Shown: positions 26,301 to 37,330 of the stretch, one piece after another
How the letters are laid out: the number at the start of each line of letters is the position of its first letter
Position numbering within the stretch: the first letter of the stretch is position 1
NCBI GenBank assembly: GCA_022605425.2
Contig: CM061253.1
Location: 682,001 to 746,000 of the forward strand
Reading direction: 5' to 3'
Source of the DNA: Hamiltosporidium tvaerminnensis FI-OER-3-3
Lineage: Eukaryota > Fungi > Microsporidia
Length of the DNA: 64,000 nucleotides
The notes under the pieces: model-generated
What the model was told of the DNA's origin: nothing
Seen by the model: only the letters and a program-made list of their open reading frames with translations
Database searches by the model: none
Position numbers and translations under genes: made by a program

Positions 26301-27325
26301 GTTTCCTAACTAAAACTATACCTAATTTTATAAAATTTATTTAAAATTAAAACCACATATTATATTTTTTTTAATATGTATCAATTCATTACTAACTTAT
26401 TATTAATACAAATACCTTGATTGGTTAATTAAAAACCTTCTAAAATATAATTTTATACGCTGTAATATTTTATAAATAAAATAATACTTTGTTCTAGAAT
26501 ATTACTTAATATGAATAGACTGATATAAGCTTATGAATCGTGATTTATAAATATATAATTGGTTTGTATCAAAATATAGAATATCTAAATAAAGTACTGA
26601 CCAATATATCATGTCTTTGTTTGTTATTGATCCTATCGCACACCTTGTTCTATTTCACTTTCATTATATTGTAGCATTTTTAAATATTTTAAAAGAAAAC
26701 ACTATTCCAAGTATTTCAAACAGCAGTTGGTATTTTTTCAACGCTTTGTATCTTTTTGGCGGTGCTTTAAAATTTTGGGTCTTTTTTTGTATCTTTGACC
26801 AAATAATGGCATCTACGTCTGCGTATTTTTTAAATTTGTTTAACAATCAACCAAGACTAAAGTTTACCTTACCATATAAGGAAATTATTTTGATATTCTT
26901 CTTTTTCACATTCATTTGGATTTAATTTTAGGTAATCAGGAGATTTAAGTAAAAATACGTATTTTTAAAGAAATATACAATAATATCATTTCTCATAGTA
27001 GATCAATGAAATATTAATATTTTATAAACATGGATTGTTGTATTTGTTTTATCTATTTCTAGTTTTTTATGGTTTTATAATCTATTGATAATTATATTAA
27101 AAAAATATCATCAAAATTAATATATTTTTTAAAAATAATTTTACGTTTTAATTAACAAAAAATATTGTTTAAACATAAAATTCCAATTCTTTCTCATGTT
27201 TCTTATAATTCTTTAGATTTTATAGGTACGTAGCAAATTTAGAATATTTATAATTTAAAGATCAAATAAAATCTTTCAATTTACAAGCGTGAAAATATTC
27301 TCAAACATTTTAAAAATAAATAAAC

Positions 27326-27447
27326 ATTCGAGAATCTTTACAAAATTATAAATTGTTGTATTTTCCAAGAATAAATTGAAATATAATATTCGAGAATCTT
27401 TACAAAATTATAAATTGTTGTATTTTCCAAGAATAAATTGAAATATA
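27326..27447. repeat. 61-bp tandem duplication
   Basis: attcgagaatctttacaaaattataaattgttgtattttccaagaataaattgaaatata twice. Confidence 0.9.
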
Positions 27448-28011
27448 TAAAAATTAACAGACCACATTGTTTTTTTGCAATTAAATATTTGCAATATTAA
27501 AAACATAATTTAATTTTCTATTTATAGTTGATTATTAGAGGTTAAAACGTTAAATTATTATATTTAAGTTTTATTTCTATGTTTATGTGATATATTACAG
27601 TAAAAGAACATGGTTGCTCGAAGCCTATAATATATTTTTATTTCCAATAAACTATCATTTTCAAATAATTCTTAAATGAAAAAAAATTGAGTTAAAATTT
27701 CACAAAAATACGGTATTATATATCCAAACAAAATATATTTACAATATTTCTAGATTATAATGTAATTCTATCATTTTGTTATCATTCTTTAAGTATTTTT
27801 TTTATTTATTTAATTCAGGAAACAATCTATTTTTATAAAAACTTTATAATAATTATTTATTTAAAATTATTTTTATTTTAATTTGTATTTAGAGTTCTAA
27901 ATAATTATATTTATACCGTATTTTTATATGTAAATATATATTCATAAGTGTTTTTTGCATATTTGTTGTATTCGAATATAATTTAAAGTGTAAGAATGAA
28001 ATTGATACAAC

Positions 28012-28253
28012 TAAAAGTATTTGATACATTGTTATTTTTATAAGTAAAATAAAATCTTGGAATTTTAGATTAAAAGTATTTGATACATTGTTATTTTTAT
28101 AAGTAAAATAAAATCTTGGAATTTTAGATTAAAAGTATTTGATACATTGTTATTTTTATAAGTAAAATAAAATCTTGGAATTTTAGATTAAAAGTATTTG
28201 ATACATTGTTATTTTTATAAGTAAAATAAAATCTTGGAATTTTAGACTAAAAG
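28012..28253. repeat. 59-bp tandem repeat x4
   Basis: Units start at 28012, 28071, 28130 and 28189. Confidence 0.92.
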
Positions 28254-28714
28254 AGTTATTAAAAACATTTTGTTTCTCTTAATATTTAAAAATACCACAA
28301 AATGAAATTTTTAATCAATTATTATTTTAATTTAATCACTTAATATTTTAATTTAACTAATTAATATTTTGATTCAAATAATTAAATATATTTATATTGA
28401 AAATTTATGATTATTTTGATAATTAAAATTATAAATAAATGAATTTTTATTTAAGAAAAATCAAATAATTTATATTTGATTTAAGACAATTAAATTTAGA
28501 ATTGAAAATAGTAGAGAGAAAGAATTATAAGATTTCAACTAAAAAATTTCTATCTATAAGATTAATTTTGAATAAAATGTTTATATTCTGAAGATTTATT
28601 TTCATTCGAGTTTTTTTCATTTTAAATACTGTCGGAAAAATGCCTCTGTTTTTATCCTCTAAAAATGGTTTAAAACGTGATTTAAAAATAATAACTATGT
28701 TTAAAAATATATAT

Positions 28715-28945
28715 TCGTCCTTCATCCTTGACCCAAAAGCCCTGGACGAGGCCTTGGGTAATACCGTTAACGGTGTTTTTAAAGTGGATTTGTTTACTTT
28801 TTCGGGTTTCATAACAAGGTGGTTTTAAAGGATTGGTTATTGGCCCTACGCCTAACTCCACTATGGAGGCCTGCTTCTTTTAGTCGCTTTTTAAGAAAAG
28901 CAGTGAATACTCCAAGCCAATTCTACTCACGGCTTGGAGGGGGGG
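28715..28945. ncRNA. Candidate structured ncRNA of unknown class
   Basis: GC-rich island, single copy in this window, with several stems (ACCCAA..TTGGGT; CTCCA cta TGGAG; CTGCTT..AAGCAG; CTCCAAGCC..GGCTTGGAG); no convincing ORF. Confidence 0.4.
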
Positions 28946-28993
28946 AATTAAAAATATATATCCTTTTAATTATTATGGATTTTTCATTGTAAG

Positions 28994-29178
28994 GATATTT
29001 GTTTTATTTCTGTATTTTTCACCGTTTTTTTCATCGGTTTTTTATTGTTTAGGGTTTATTAATTGTAAGATATTTGTTTTATTTCTGTATTTTTCACCGT
29101 TTTTTTCATCGGTTTTTTATTGTTTAGGGTTTATTAATTGTAAGATATTTGTTTTATTTCTGTATTTTTCACCGTTTT
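28994..29178. repeat. 75-bp tandem repeat x2.5
   Basis: Units start at 28994, 29069 and 29144. Confidence 0.9.
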
Positions 29179-29577
29179 CCTGTACTGTTCTTTGTATTCG
29201 ATTCTGTTCTATGTTTTGAAACAATGCTTTGTTTTGAACGACAAGTTATAATTTGAAGTAAATATTTGGGGTCTTCTTCTGCTAAAAATTGTTGTTTTTT
29301 TGTCAGCACGTGTGTTGTTATATTAGGGTTGGTTGTTTAAAGTAAAAAACGAAACAAATTATTTCTAATTGTAATTTTTTAATCGAAACATATTTCATCT
29401 TTCTCATGAGTTATGTCTCAAATCAAATATCACGTTTATTCTAATGAATAAATAATTTTTTAATTTAAATAATATTATTGGTTCTTTTTTTTGACAGATA
29501 AAGTAACCAACCATATTTTTTTAAATAATTCTTATCTCTCCTTTTAAACTATAAAAAAATTACACAAGAAAGATTTA

Positions 29578-29958
29578 ATGAATAATAATATTATATACGA
29601 AATATCAAAATATGTCGATACATCCATTTTAATACCAAATAAAAAAATTTATGAATGTATTAATAGTAAAGAAATAAGATGTAGACGAATAGAAATGAAT
29701 AAAAATGTGTTGAAAAAAAAGATGGAACTGCGGCAAAGTTTATTCATATTAAAATTTAGAAATATTTTACGTGATAGAAAAGATGTAATCGATTTTAATA
29801 AAATACATAATATTATTTGTAAAGTAATCAATGATAAACCGAAAAATCATCAAAATTTTTCTGTAAAGATTTCTAGAAATCTATCTTCTATCGGAAAAGA
29901 ATTAAATTTTTTGCTGAAAAAAGTTATTTTAAATGCCCAACTAAAATTTAAAAGATGA
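29578..29958 (+). CDS. Small protein with RPEL-like motif
   Basis: 126-aa ATG ORF; LKKKMELRQSLFILKFRNIL resembles the RPEL repeat pattern. Confidence 0.55.
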   Translation: MNNNIIYEISKYVDTSILIPNKKIYECINSKEIRCRRIEMNKNVLKKKMELRQSLFILKFRNILRDRKDVIDFNKIHNIICKVINDKPKNHQNFSVKISRNLSSIGKELNFLLKKVILNAQLKFKR

Positions 29959-30373
29959 GTTGTTTATGATTAAAAAATAATTAAATTTTTTGATGAAACA
30001 AGTTATTTTAAATTCCCAACTAAAATTTAAAAGATGAGTTATTTATGATCAATAAAGAATGAAATATTTTGATGAAAAAAGTAATTTTAAATTGCCAAAT
30101 AAAATATAAAAGATAAAATATCTAAACATTTTCAATTAAAATTCATTTACTTTTTGTTTCTACATGTTTGCTTGGATTTTCAAAATGGATTGTTTTTTAA
30201 GTGTTTCATATTTTTTTATCTCCATAATAAAGATTTTAATTTCCATTAAATATTCACTTTGTTATATTAGACTTTAAACAAACGAACATAACTATTATTC
30301 ATTATTTACACTTTCGAATATATCTTATATTCGATTTTCAGTTTCGTAAATTTTATTCATTTTGTTTCTTTTT

Positions 30374-30649
30374 CTAAGCAATTCCAATAATCCTGAGAAC
30401 AATAATTACCATTACAGTAGCAACTAAACCGCCAATAACATAATATTTGAAATTTTTAAACCACATTCTTCTTCGTGTAGTTCTAGCTTCCTGTCTAAAA
30501 ACAGTAGCACGTTGCTCCAAATGTTCAGTTCGTTTACTTAAGTCTTGTAAACTCGCACCCCTCTCTTCTTCGCTCTTTATTGTATCTTTCATTCTGGTTT
30601 GCAACGTTTTCATTTGCATGTTTATTTGTCTCGTTGGTTCATCTGACAT
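30374..30649 (-). CDS. Synaptobrevin/VAMP R-SNARE
   Basis: ERGASLQDLSKRTEHLEQRATVF..RRMWFKN plus C-terminal TM; start moved to the ATG of MSDEPT. Confidence 0.88.
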   Translation of the reverse strand: MSDEPTRQINMQMKTLQTRMKDTIKSEEERGASLQDLSKRTEHLEQRATVFRQEARTTRRRMWFKNFKYYVIGGLVATVMVIIVLRIIGIA

Positions 30650-32064
30650 AAAGGATTGTCTACTTTTCAAATTATTTAGTCTCCTTTTTTATAAAATAAG
30701 ATCAATAATAATGAAGTGACCAATTAAATTTCTATAAATGGAAATGTTTCATATTACGTTTTAAAGAAATTGAATTTAAACAATATGAACAATTAATTCA
30801 TTTATCATTATATATTAGTATTTTTTGGGATAATGAAAGTATAAAAACTTTATTTTAATGTATTTTCTTCTACATTCTAGATTTATTTTAATTAAGATAT
30901 GTAATTAACAATAAAAATTTAATTAAAATAATATAAATTTTGTATCACAACTTATTACCACAATAATAATAAATTAAAAAAGCTATAGTTTGGTTTTAAA
31001 CAAAATAATAAATAATAAACAGTATCATACGTTATAAAAAATAGATTTACTGGGTAGGAGTATATATTATTTTAAGAAGTAAGATACTATATAAAAATTT
31101 CATAACATATTTATTTTTATAGAAAGTAGGACCGGTTCTAGTAAATTTATAATTATGTTCATCATTTATGGCAACTAAATAATACGAAAATATATAAAAA
31201 AAATTATAGAATGTACTTGTAAAAAGAAATTTACTTAAAATCCGGGGAAATTCATTACTATATTTATAAAATCATACATTTTTTAGGTTTTTTTTATCAA
31301 ATATAGTAATTAATTTGGATTTTTTTTGATATTTTGAATTTTTTTTAGCTTTAGCTAGTCTACTTATGGTTTTATTTTATTATAAAACTTTCTTATCAAT
31401 AATGTTTAGATATAAAATACAGTCTTTCTCAAAATCTCTACTTTGTTTTACATATTTAAATATTCATTCATCAATTTACTTACATTTAATATTGCTTGAT
31501 TATCTTCTCTGATTAATTTTATTAACTCTCCTGAATATAAAGAATAAACAAAGTATAAAATTTATATTTTATTTCCCAAATCATCATATTTTAACGTTCA
31601 ACTATTATTTTAGAAGTAAAAAAAAATTTCGTTACAATTAACAAATTTTTCAGTAATTTTTTAGTAGTAAAATATTGATCTCATTTATTTATTTAATAAA
31701 TCAGAATAGAAGAGACTAAAGTTTATTTTCTAATATTCAATCTTATAAGTTTTTTATATTAAATACTGTAAAATTAAATAGAATATTATCAAACGTAAAT
31801 AAATATTAATCTAAGAATATAATTTATTTGCAGATTTAAAAATTTGATCTTTATATAAAGAAAAAATAAATTTTAACCAATTTTAAGTATAATATAGCAG
31901 TTAAAAGGGAAAATCTATTCATAGGGAAGAAAACGAAGCCTAAAATAAATTTTAACCAATTTTAAGTATAATATAGCGGTTAAAAATAATTTACTAATGT
32001 GTAAATATTAAAATTCAAATAAATTAGAATATTAAAAAGAAAATGAAAAGTCTATAATCCAACT

Positions 32065-32736
32065 TTATTCTGTAGAAAGTAGAAATTGACACACATAAAA
32101 AATAACATTTTGACTTGTAAATAAAGAATCCTCTTCGCTAGTTTGTATTTTGATTTCAGTAGTTTTTTCTGGTTTGGCAATCTTATCTTTTACAGTAAGA
32201 TCATGAATTTTTGCAATATCCGTACCATGAATACTTATCAGTAAAGCATTAATGGTCTTCTCATTTATTTTTTCAATACTGTTTTTAACAATTTTAGCAA
32301 TTTCAAATACCAATTTAAGTTTATTTTTTCTTTTTAGAAAAAGACCAGTTCGTACAAATATATTGAACTTATTTAAATATTCATCCAATTTCGTTTGACT
32401 TACTTCTACTGATATACTCGCAATCTCTAAAACAGACTTATACAAATTTTCAATTTCGTTTTTCGTCACCAATTGAAGTATTTCATTAGATTTATCTTTA
32501 TTATCATCCAAATCTAAAAATTCCAACGCTTTGTCTCTTTTCTCGAAGCAACAGCATTTAAATAAACTAAGAGAATCCTTCAAATCTGTATTTGTAGAAC
32601 TTTCGATTTTATTTTTAAAATCTTTATTAAACTCATCAATTAAAGAATTCGCTTTAACCAAAGAAGTTATCATAAAAACCACAAATATAATCAGAAATAC
32701 CAAAACACAACTTAAAATAACACATTTTTTATTCAT
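32065..32736 (-). CDS. Divergent member of the signal-anchored protein family (223 aa)
   Basis: N-terminal TM, then KANSLIDEFNKDFK, FVRTGLFLK and IFYVC align to KAGNVIKSFEDDYK, LVRLGFWFK and IAYIC of 42880-43581. Confidence 0.75.
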   Translation of the reverse strand: MNKKCVILSCVLVFLIIFVVFMITSLVKANSLIDEFNKDFKNKIESSTNTDLKDSLSLFKCCCFEKRDKALEFLDLDDNKDKSNEILQLVTKNEIENLYKSVLEIASISVEVSQTKLDEYLNKFNIFVRTGLFLKRKNKLKLVFEIAKIVKNSIEKINEKTINALLISIHGTDIAKIHDLTVKDKIAKPEKTTEIKIQTSEEDSLFTSQNVIFYVCQFLLSTE

Positions 32737-33575
32737 TAATATATATAAATTAGAAATATTTATAGTTTTTATTTCTACTTTTAACAGTTTTTTCTGACAA
32801 ATAATATTTTCAACTTTTAAAAACACACAATTTCATTTGTTAGTTTTTTCCCCCGATCATCATTTTTTTTATTGAGATTTATTTTGACTTAAATTTGATT
32901 ATCTATACATTTGATATCTACTCTTTAGATAATCCAACAAATTAAAATCAAAACCACGTTAATATAATAAGTATAACTTTACATTCCCCTGTACTTTAAA
33001 AATTTTAAATAAATTATAATTTACCAATAATCTATATTTTGAAGAGACCTTTTGAAACATTTTAACATATTTTTAAATATTAAAAAAAATTATTAACGTA
33101 TCATATCAGAAAATTAAATTCAGAGTTAAAAAAAGCAAAGAAATAACGGCACAAGGAAATAGAAACTATAAATAAAATAAAAAATTTGAATAAATTTAAA
33201 AAAAAATAAAAAATTTGAATTAACTATAAAGACTATGAAAAATTTGAATAAACTATAAATAAAATCAAAAAATTTGAATAAACTTAAAAAAAAATAATTA
33301 ATAAATAAATTCTTTATAAAAATAATAGTAAAAAGTCTCTAATCTCTAATAAAATATATAATGAAATAATAAACTATTCTAAAAATATAATTAAATATAC
33401 TATGAAATGATGTATCTATTCTAAAAATATAATTAAATATACAATGAAATGATATATTCTAAAAATAAAATTAAATATACAATGAAATAATATTTTCTAT
33501 TCAAATGATCTCTAAATTATATTTAAATAGAAATTTATATTCGAATTAATCTCAAAATTAAATTTAAATAAATTT

Positions 33576-35162
33576 CTATTCAAACATTCTTTCAATTACA
33601 CTGTAATTAATTTTAGAAGAAAACTTTTTTTCTTTTACCACACTTTTTACTGCATCAGTTATTGTCTCAAATTGAATATTTTTATTTCTTTTCGTGTAAG
33701 TTTTTTTACGATAAATAATTGGTCTTTCAGCTTTTTGTTTCATAAATTCACCGTACATTTCATTCCAAAGTATTTCCCGGTGTTTTGATTCTTCATTTGA
33801 TAAAATAAAATTATTTATATCCGAATCAGTATCTTTACCACAATTTAATGAATGTAATTCATTATCTTTAAACAAGTCATCTCTTCCTTTAATTAAAATA
33901 TTTTCATCTGTATTTTCTTCTATTTTATTTATAGGATTTATATTTTCTTTAGAAGATTTTAAAGATTCTTCTGTATTTTTAACTGTATTGTCATTAGGAT
34001 TTATATTTTCTTTAGAAGATTTTAAAGATTCTTCTGTATTTTTAACTGTATTGTCATTAGGATTTATATTTTCTTTATTTTCGTCTAAAAATTCCTTATC
34101 ATTTTCCATTGAATTTTTTTCTTTTCTAAGATTTATATTTTCTTTATTTTCCTCCAAATATCCATTATAACTTTCACCTAAATCCTTTTCTTTTCTAAGA
34201 TTTATATTTTCTTTATTTTCTATTGGTTTAATTTTCTCTGCAAAATCTTCAAATTTTTTTAATTTGTATTCCTTTTCTTCACTTAACTCTTCAGGTGTAT
34301 TTATAGTTAAATCAATCTTTTCTTCTTTATTTACCGGTGGATCTTCTTCTTTTTCAAGCCACAAATTACAAAATTCATTTATACTAAGATTTGCACTTGC
34401 TGTAGCAGCCATTTCTTTCAATCGTTTTTTAATTGTAACAACACTTACATGTACAATACGAGCTACCTCAGAAATACCACGCACTTCATCTAATATTCGA
34501 CCAGCTACTACTAAAGAGGCACCACACAAATTATTTGGTCTTCTACCTACAACTATCCAATCTCTTTTCATTCTAGAAACAATTCTATTTGCTAAGCAAA
34601 GTACTTTTTCACTCATTTTCAATTTATTAACAAATCTTGGCAAATAAAGTGAAGGATCAATTAACGGAACTTTTATGTTTAAAAGATTTGTAATTTTTAA
34701 AAATGTACGTCCAATTTTAAAAACATCGATACGTAATAAAACAGAAAAATCTATTAAAAGATGCGGTGTTTTTTCTTGTCGACAAGTTATATAAATGACA
34801 GCAGAAAGTGTATATAAAAGAGATCTGCCTTTGGTTAAATTATGCTGTAAAGATAATTTATACCATCTAAATGAAGAAGAAACGTGATCATCAGAAAGAC
34901 CTAGAGACACACAAATACTACGTATTGTGTTCTGGACATATGTGTTGTTTGTAGAGATAAATGAAGTGCCTACTTTTGTGTAGTTTTCAGTTATTTTTAT
35001 TATTTGACCAGTGAGTACAGAAGAACCGTTAGATGTTTCGGTAAAGTTTAGAGATGAAACCACTGAATTTTCTTCATGAACTGTTCCACATGAAATACAA
35101 TATACCGTTCCTTTTGATATGTCGGTTTCTATAGAGGAAGAACCACAATTAGAGCATTTCAT
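33576..35162 (-). CDS. BRF1: TFIIIB subunit Brf1
   Basis: Zn ribbon (CSNC..CISCG), TFIIB repeats (TKGRS, IDPSLYLPRF, GRRPNNLCGA), EEDPP and C-terminal SSKINY; start at MKCSNC after a CCC motif. Confidence 0.93.
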   Translation of the reverse strand: MKCSNCGSSSIETDISKGTVYCISCGTVHEENSVVSSLNFTETSNGSSVLTGQIIKITENYTKVGTSFISTNNTYVQNTIRSICVSLGLSDDHVSSSFRWYKLSLQHNLTKGRSLLYTLSAVIYITCRQEKTPHLLIDFSVLLRIDVFKIGRTFLKITNLLNIKVPLIDPSLYLPRFVNKLKMSEKVLCLANRIVSRMKRDWIVVGRRPNNLCGASLVVAGRILDEVRGISEVARIVHVSVVTIKKRLKEMAATASANLSINEFCNLWLEKEEDPPVNKEEKIDLTINTPEELSEEKEYKLKKFEDFAEKIKPIENKENINLRKEKDLGESYNGYLEENKENINLRKEKNSMENDKEFLDENKENINPNDNTVKNTEESLKSSKENINPNDNTVKNTEESLKSSKENINPINKIEENTDENILIKGRDDLFKDNELHSLNCGKDTDSDINNFILSNEESKHREILWNEMYGEFMKQKAERPIIYRKKTYTKRNKNIQFETITDAVKSVVKEKKFSSKINYSVIERMFE

Positions 35163-35232
35163 TTTTGAGGGTGCAATATGTTTGTAAGAAAAAATAAAAA
35201 AAAGGAGTAAAGAAATATTTGAAAGGCAAAAG

Positions 35233-35380
35233 GAATTAAAAAAGATACGAAATTTTGATTGCAAAATGAAGGAGTAAATAGATATTTGAAATATAAAAGT
35301 GAATTAAAAAAGATACGAAATTTTGATTGCAAAATGAAGGAGTAAATAGATATTTGAAATATAAAAGTGAATTAAAAAAT
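35233..35380. repeat. ~69-bp tandem duplication upstream of BRF1
   Basis: gaattaaaaaagatacgaaattttgattgc..ataaaagt twice. Confidence 0.85.
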
Positions 35381-35649
35381 ACAGGGAATTTCAAGAAAAA
35401 AAATACAATAAAGAAATACTTAAAAGGCAAAGTGAATTAAAAATTTATATTTCAAAAGAAAACCAAGGATGTGAATTCTAAGTGGCTAAAATTGTGAAAA
35501 AAAAACAGGAAATTTATTTTTTTTGAAGACTACAATTATTTTTGATTTAAACTTAGTGTTTAACTCAAAAATTAAAATTTATATGAAACCCTTAAAATAT
35601 TACAAAGGAGAATTATCCTTAGAAATAAGATTTTAGAAGAAAGACAATT

Positions 35650-36050
35650 TTTATGAATAAAATTCTGGGTTAACAAATTTTATACCTTTTAAATGACTTA
35701 TTTCCTAGTTTAACACTGTATGCCTTCCTCTAAATCCGACTCTTCATTTATGTTTTTTGTTTGTTCTTTTACTGTGGTTACTCCATATAAAATAGGAGAT
35801 AAGACTTTTGTTTTATTTAATTGTTTAATACTATCGTCCTGGTTATTTACTTGCTTTAAAGTGGGAGTTAGTTGTTTATGCATCTCAGCTCCTTCAATAA
35901 AAATAATGACGCTTTCTCCAAACTCTCTTGGGCTTTGGTTTCGAGAAGAGTTCCTTCTCGCAGATCAAAAAAAATCATTGTTGTTGTCTTCTTGGGTACT
36001 ATCGAGTGAATCTATGCCTCAACATTTATGGGTATTTGTAGTCTTTTAAC
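35650..36050 (-). mobile_element. 3' fragment of a related R4-like LINE subfamily
   Basis: aataaaattctgggttaa tail and aaatccgactc match 9755-9845; tatgcctc.acatt matches ~10120. Confidence 0.8.
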
Positions 36051-36290
36051 TATGTTCTTTGATATTTTGTTAAAAAATGATTCAAATATAAAATATGGGT
36101 AATGCTAATAGTTTTAAGCTATTTGTAAACTAATTACTTTTTGCAAAACAATTTTCGTTTGCTAATAAATATGATTACTAAAAATTTATAAGCAATGCTC
36201 TTTTAGTATAAAAATGTTTTAGACGCATGAAATTTTATACTTGTTTCTTAAAGTACAAATTTTCTTGCTTAATAAAAGAGCACCTATAAC

Positions 36291-37330
36291 CAGGGGTTTC
36301 AAACTACAGATTTTCGGACATATTTCATCCTGCCCGTGGTAGCAGTTCAGATATTACTCCTGCTTACTCTTATATATTTTTTAATTTGAAGGTAGGCGTT
36401 TTTTCAAGCTGAAAAAAATGCTAAAATTTCCGTATAAAATACAAAAAAAAATCACAATTACAGGTGAATTTTAGTATCAATTCGTAATACAAATAAAATT
36501 TATTGGGTTTTTAACATTTTTTATCATTTTATACCAAAAATAAAAAATGAAATAAGAATAATTGGTGGCAAAATATATTATTACTGGGAATGATGTAATT
36601 AAATTTGCACCTAATATTATCTTGGAAATCTATGTCTCATTTACTAGTAGAAATTATCCACAAAGATTGCAAGTGCTTATCTGTTACTTTGGATATGTAA
36701 ATATTCTTTGTGTATTTCATTTTAGAAAATGTTTCTTCACACAGATAGGTAATACCGAAAGCGGAAATAAATACCCGAGCAAATTTATGAACTTTGATAA
36801 ATTATATAGAACGAAGACTCTCATTAAATCCCTCTAATCATGACTATAAATATTTTTCTCATAAAATATCACTGTGTTGCATTCCTATTATTTCTAATTG
36901 AAGCACCGATGCAAAGGTTTCTAACTCAGCAGTAAAATGGGTTTTAAACGTTTAAATATCGTTTGCCATTAAATCGAAATCAGAAAAACGAGAATCAAAA
37001 GAAATACTTAAAGTTTATATGCAAACTCTATTGGGAATCGATTTGCTGTTTTTCAAATAATATTTGCACGTATCAAAATTAGTGAAATTTTTTTGGTTAT
37101 TTGGAATTGAAAAAAAAACTATTTTTTGACGAAATGACTTGACATGACCTTATGATCCAAGCAGCAACTGATTTTTTGTTTGAAAATTCAAATTTAGCTC
37201 ATTTATGTTTTTAATTAAAACTGTATAAAAAGACATTTGACATAACCATCCATTACTTCTTAACTCAAAAAAGAAGCAATTCCTTTGATACAAAAATATT
37301 TCGATGTTCATTCTAAGTTTAAAAAACAGC
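36291..37330 (+). mobile_element. Possible decayed hAT (Buster-like) element
   Basis: Starts CAGGGGTTTCAAACT, resembling Buster-type TIRs; no intact transposase and no matching right TIR found; end coordinate is a guess. Confidence 0.25.

Noticed and set aside
26664-26915. Possible small gene on the minus strand
   Set aside because: In-frame TGA between the ATG and the 60-aa ORF; no recognisable motif
28012-28253. Regular repeats as a CRISPR array
   Set aside because: Head-to-tail tandem units with no unique spacers, in a eukaryotic context
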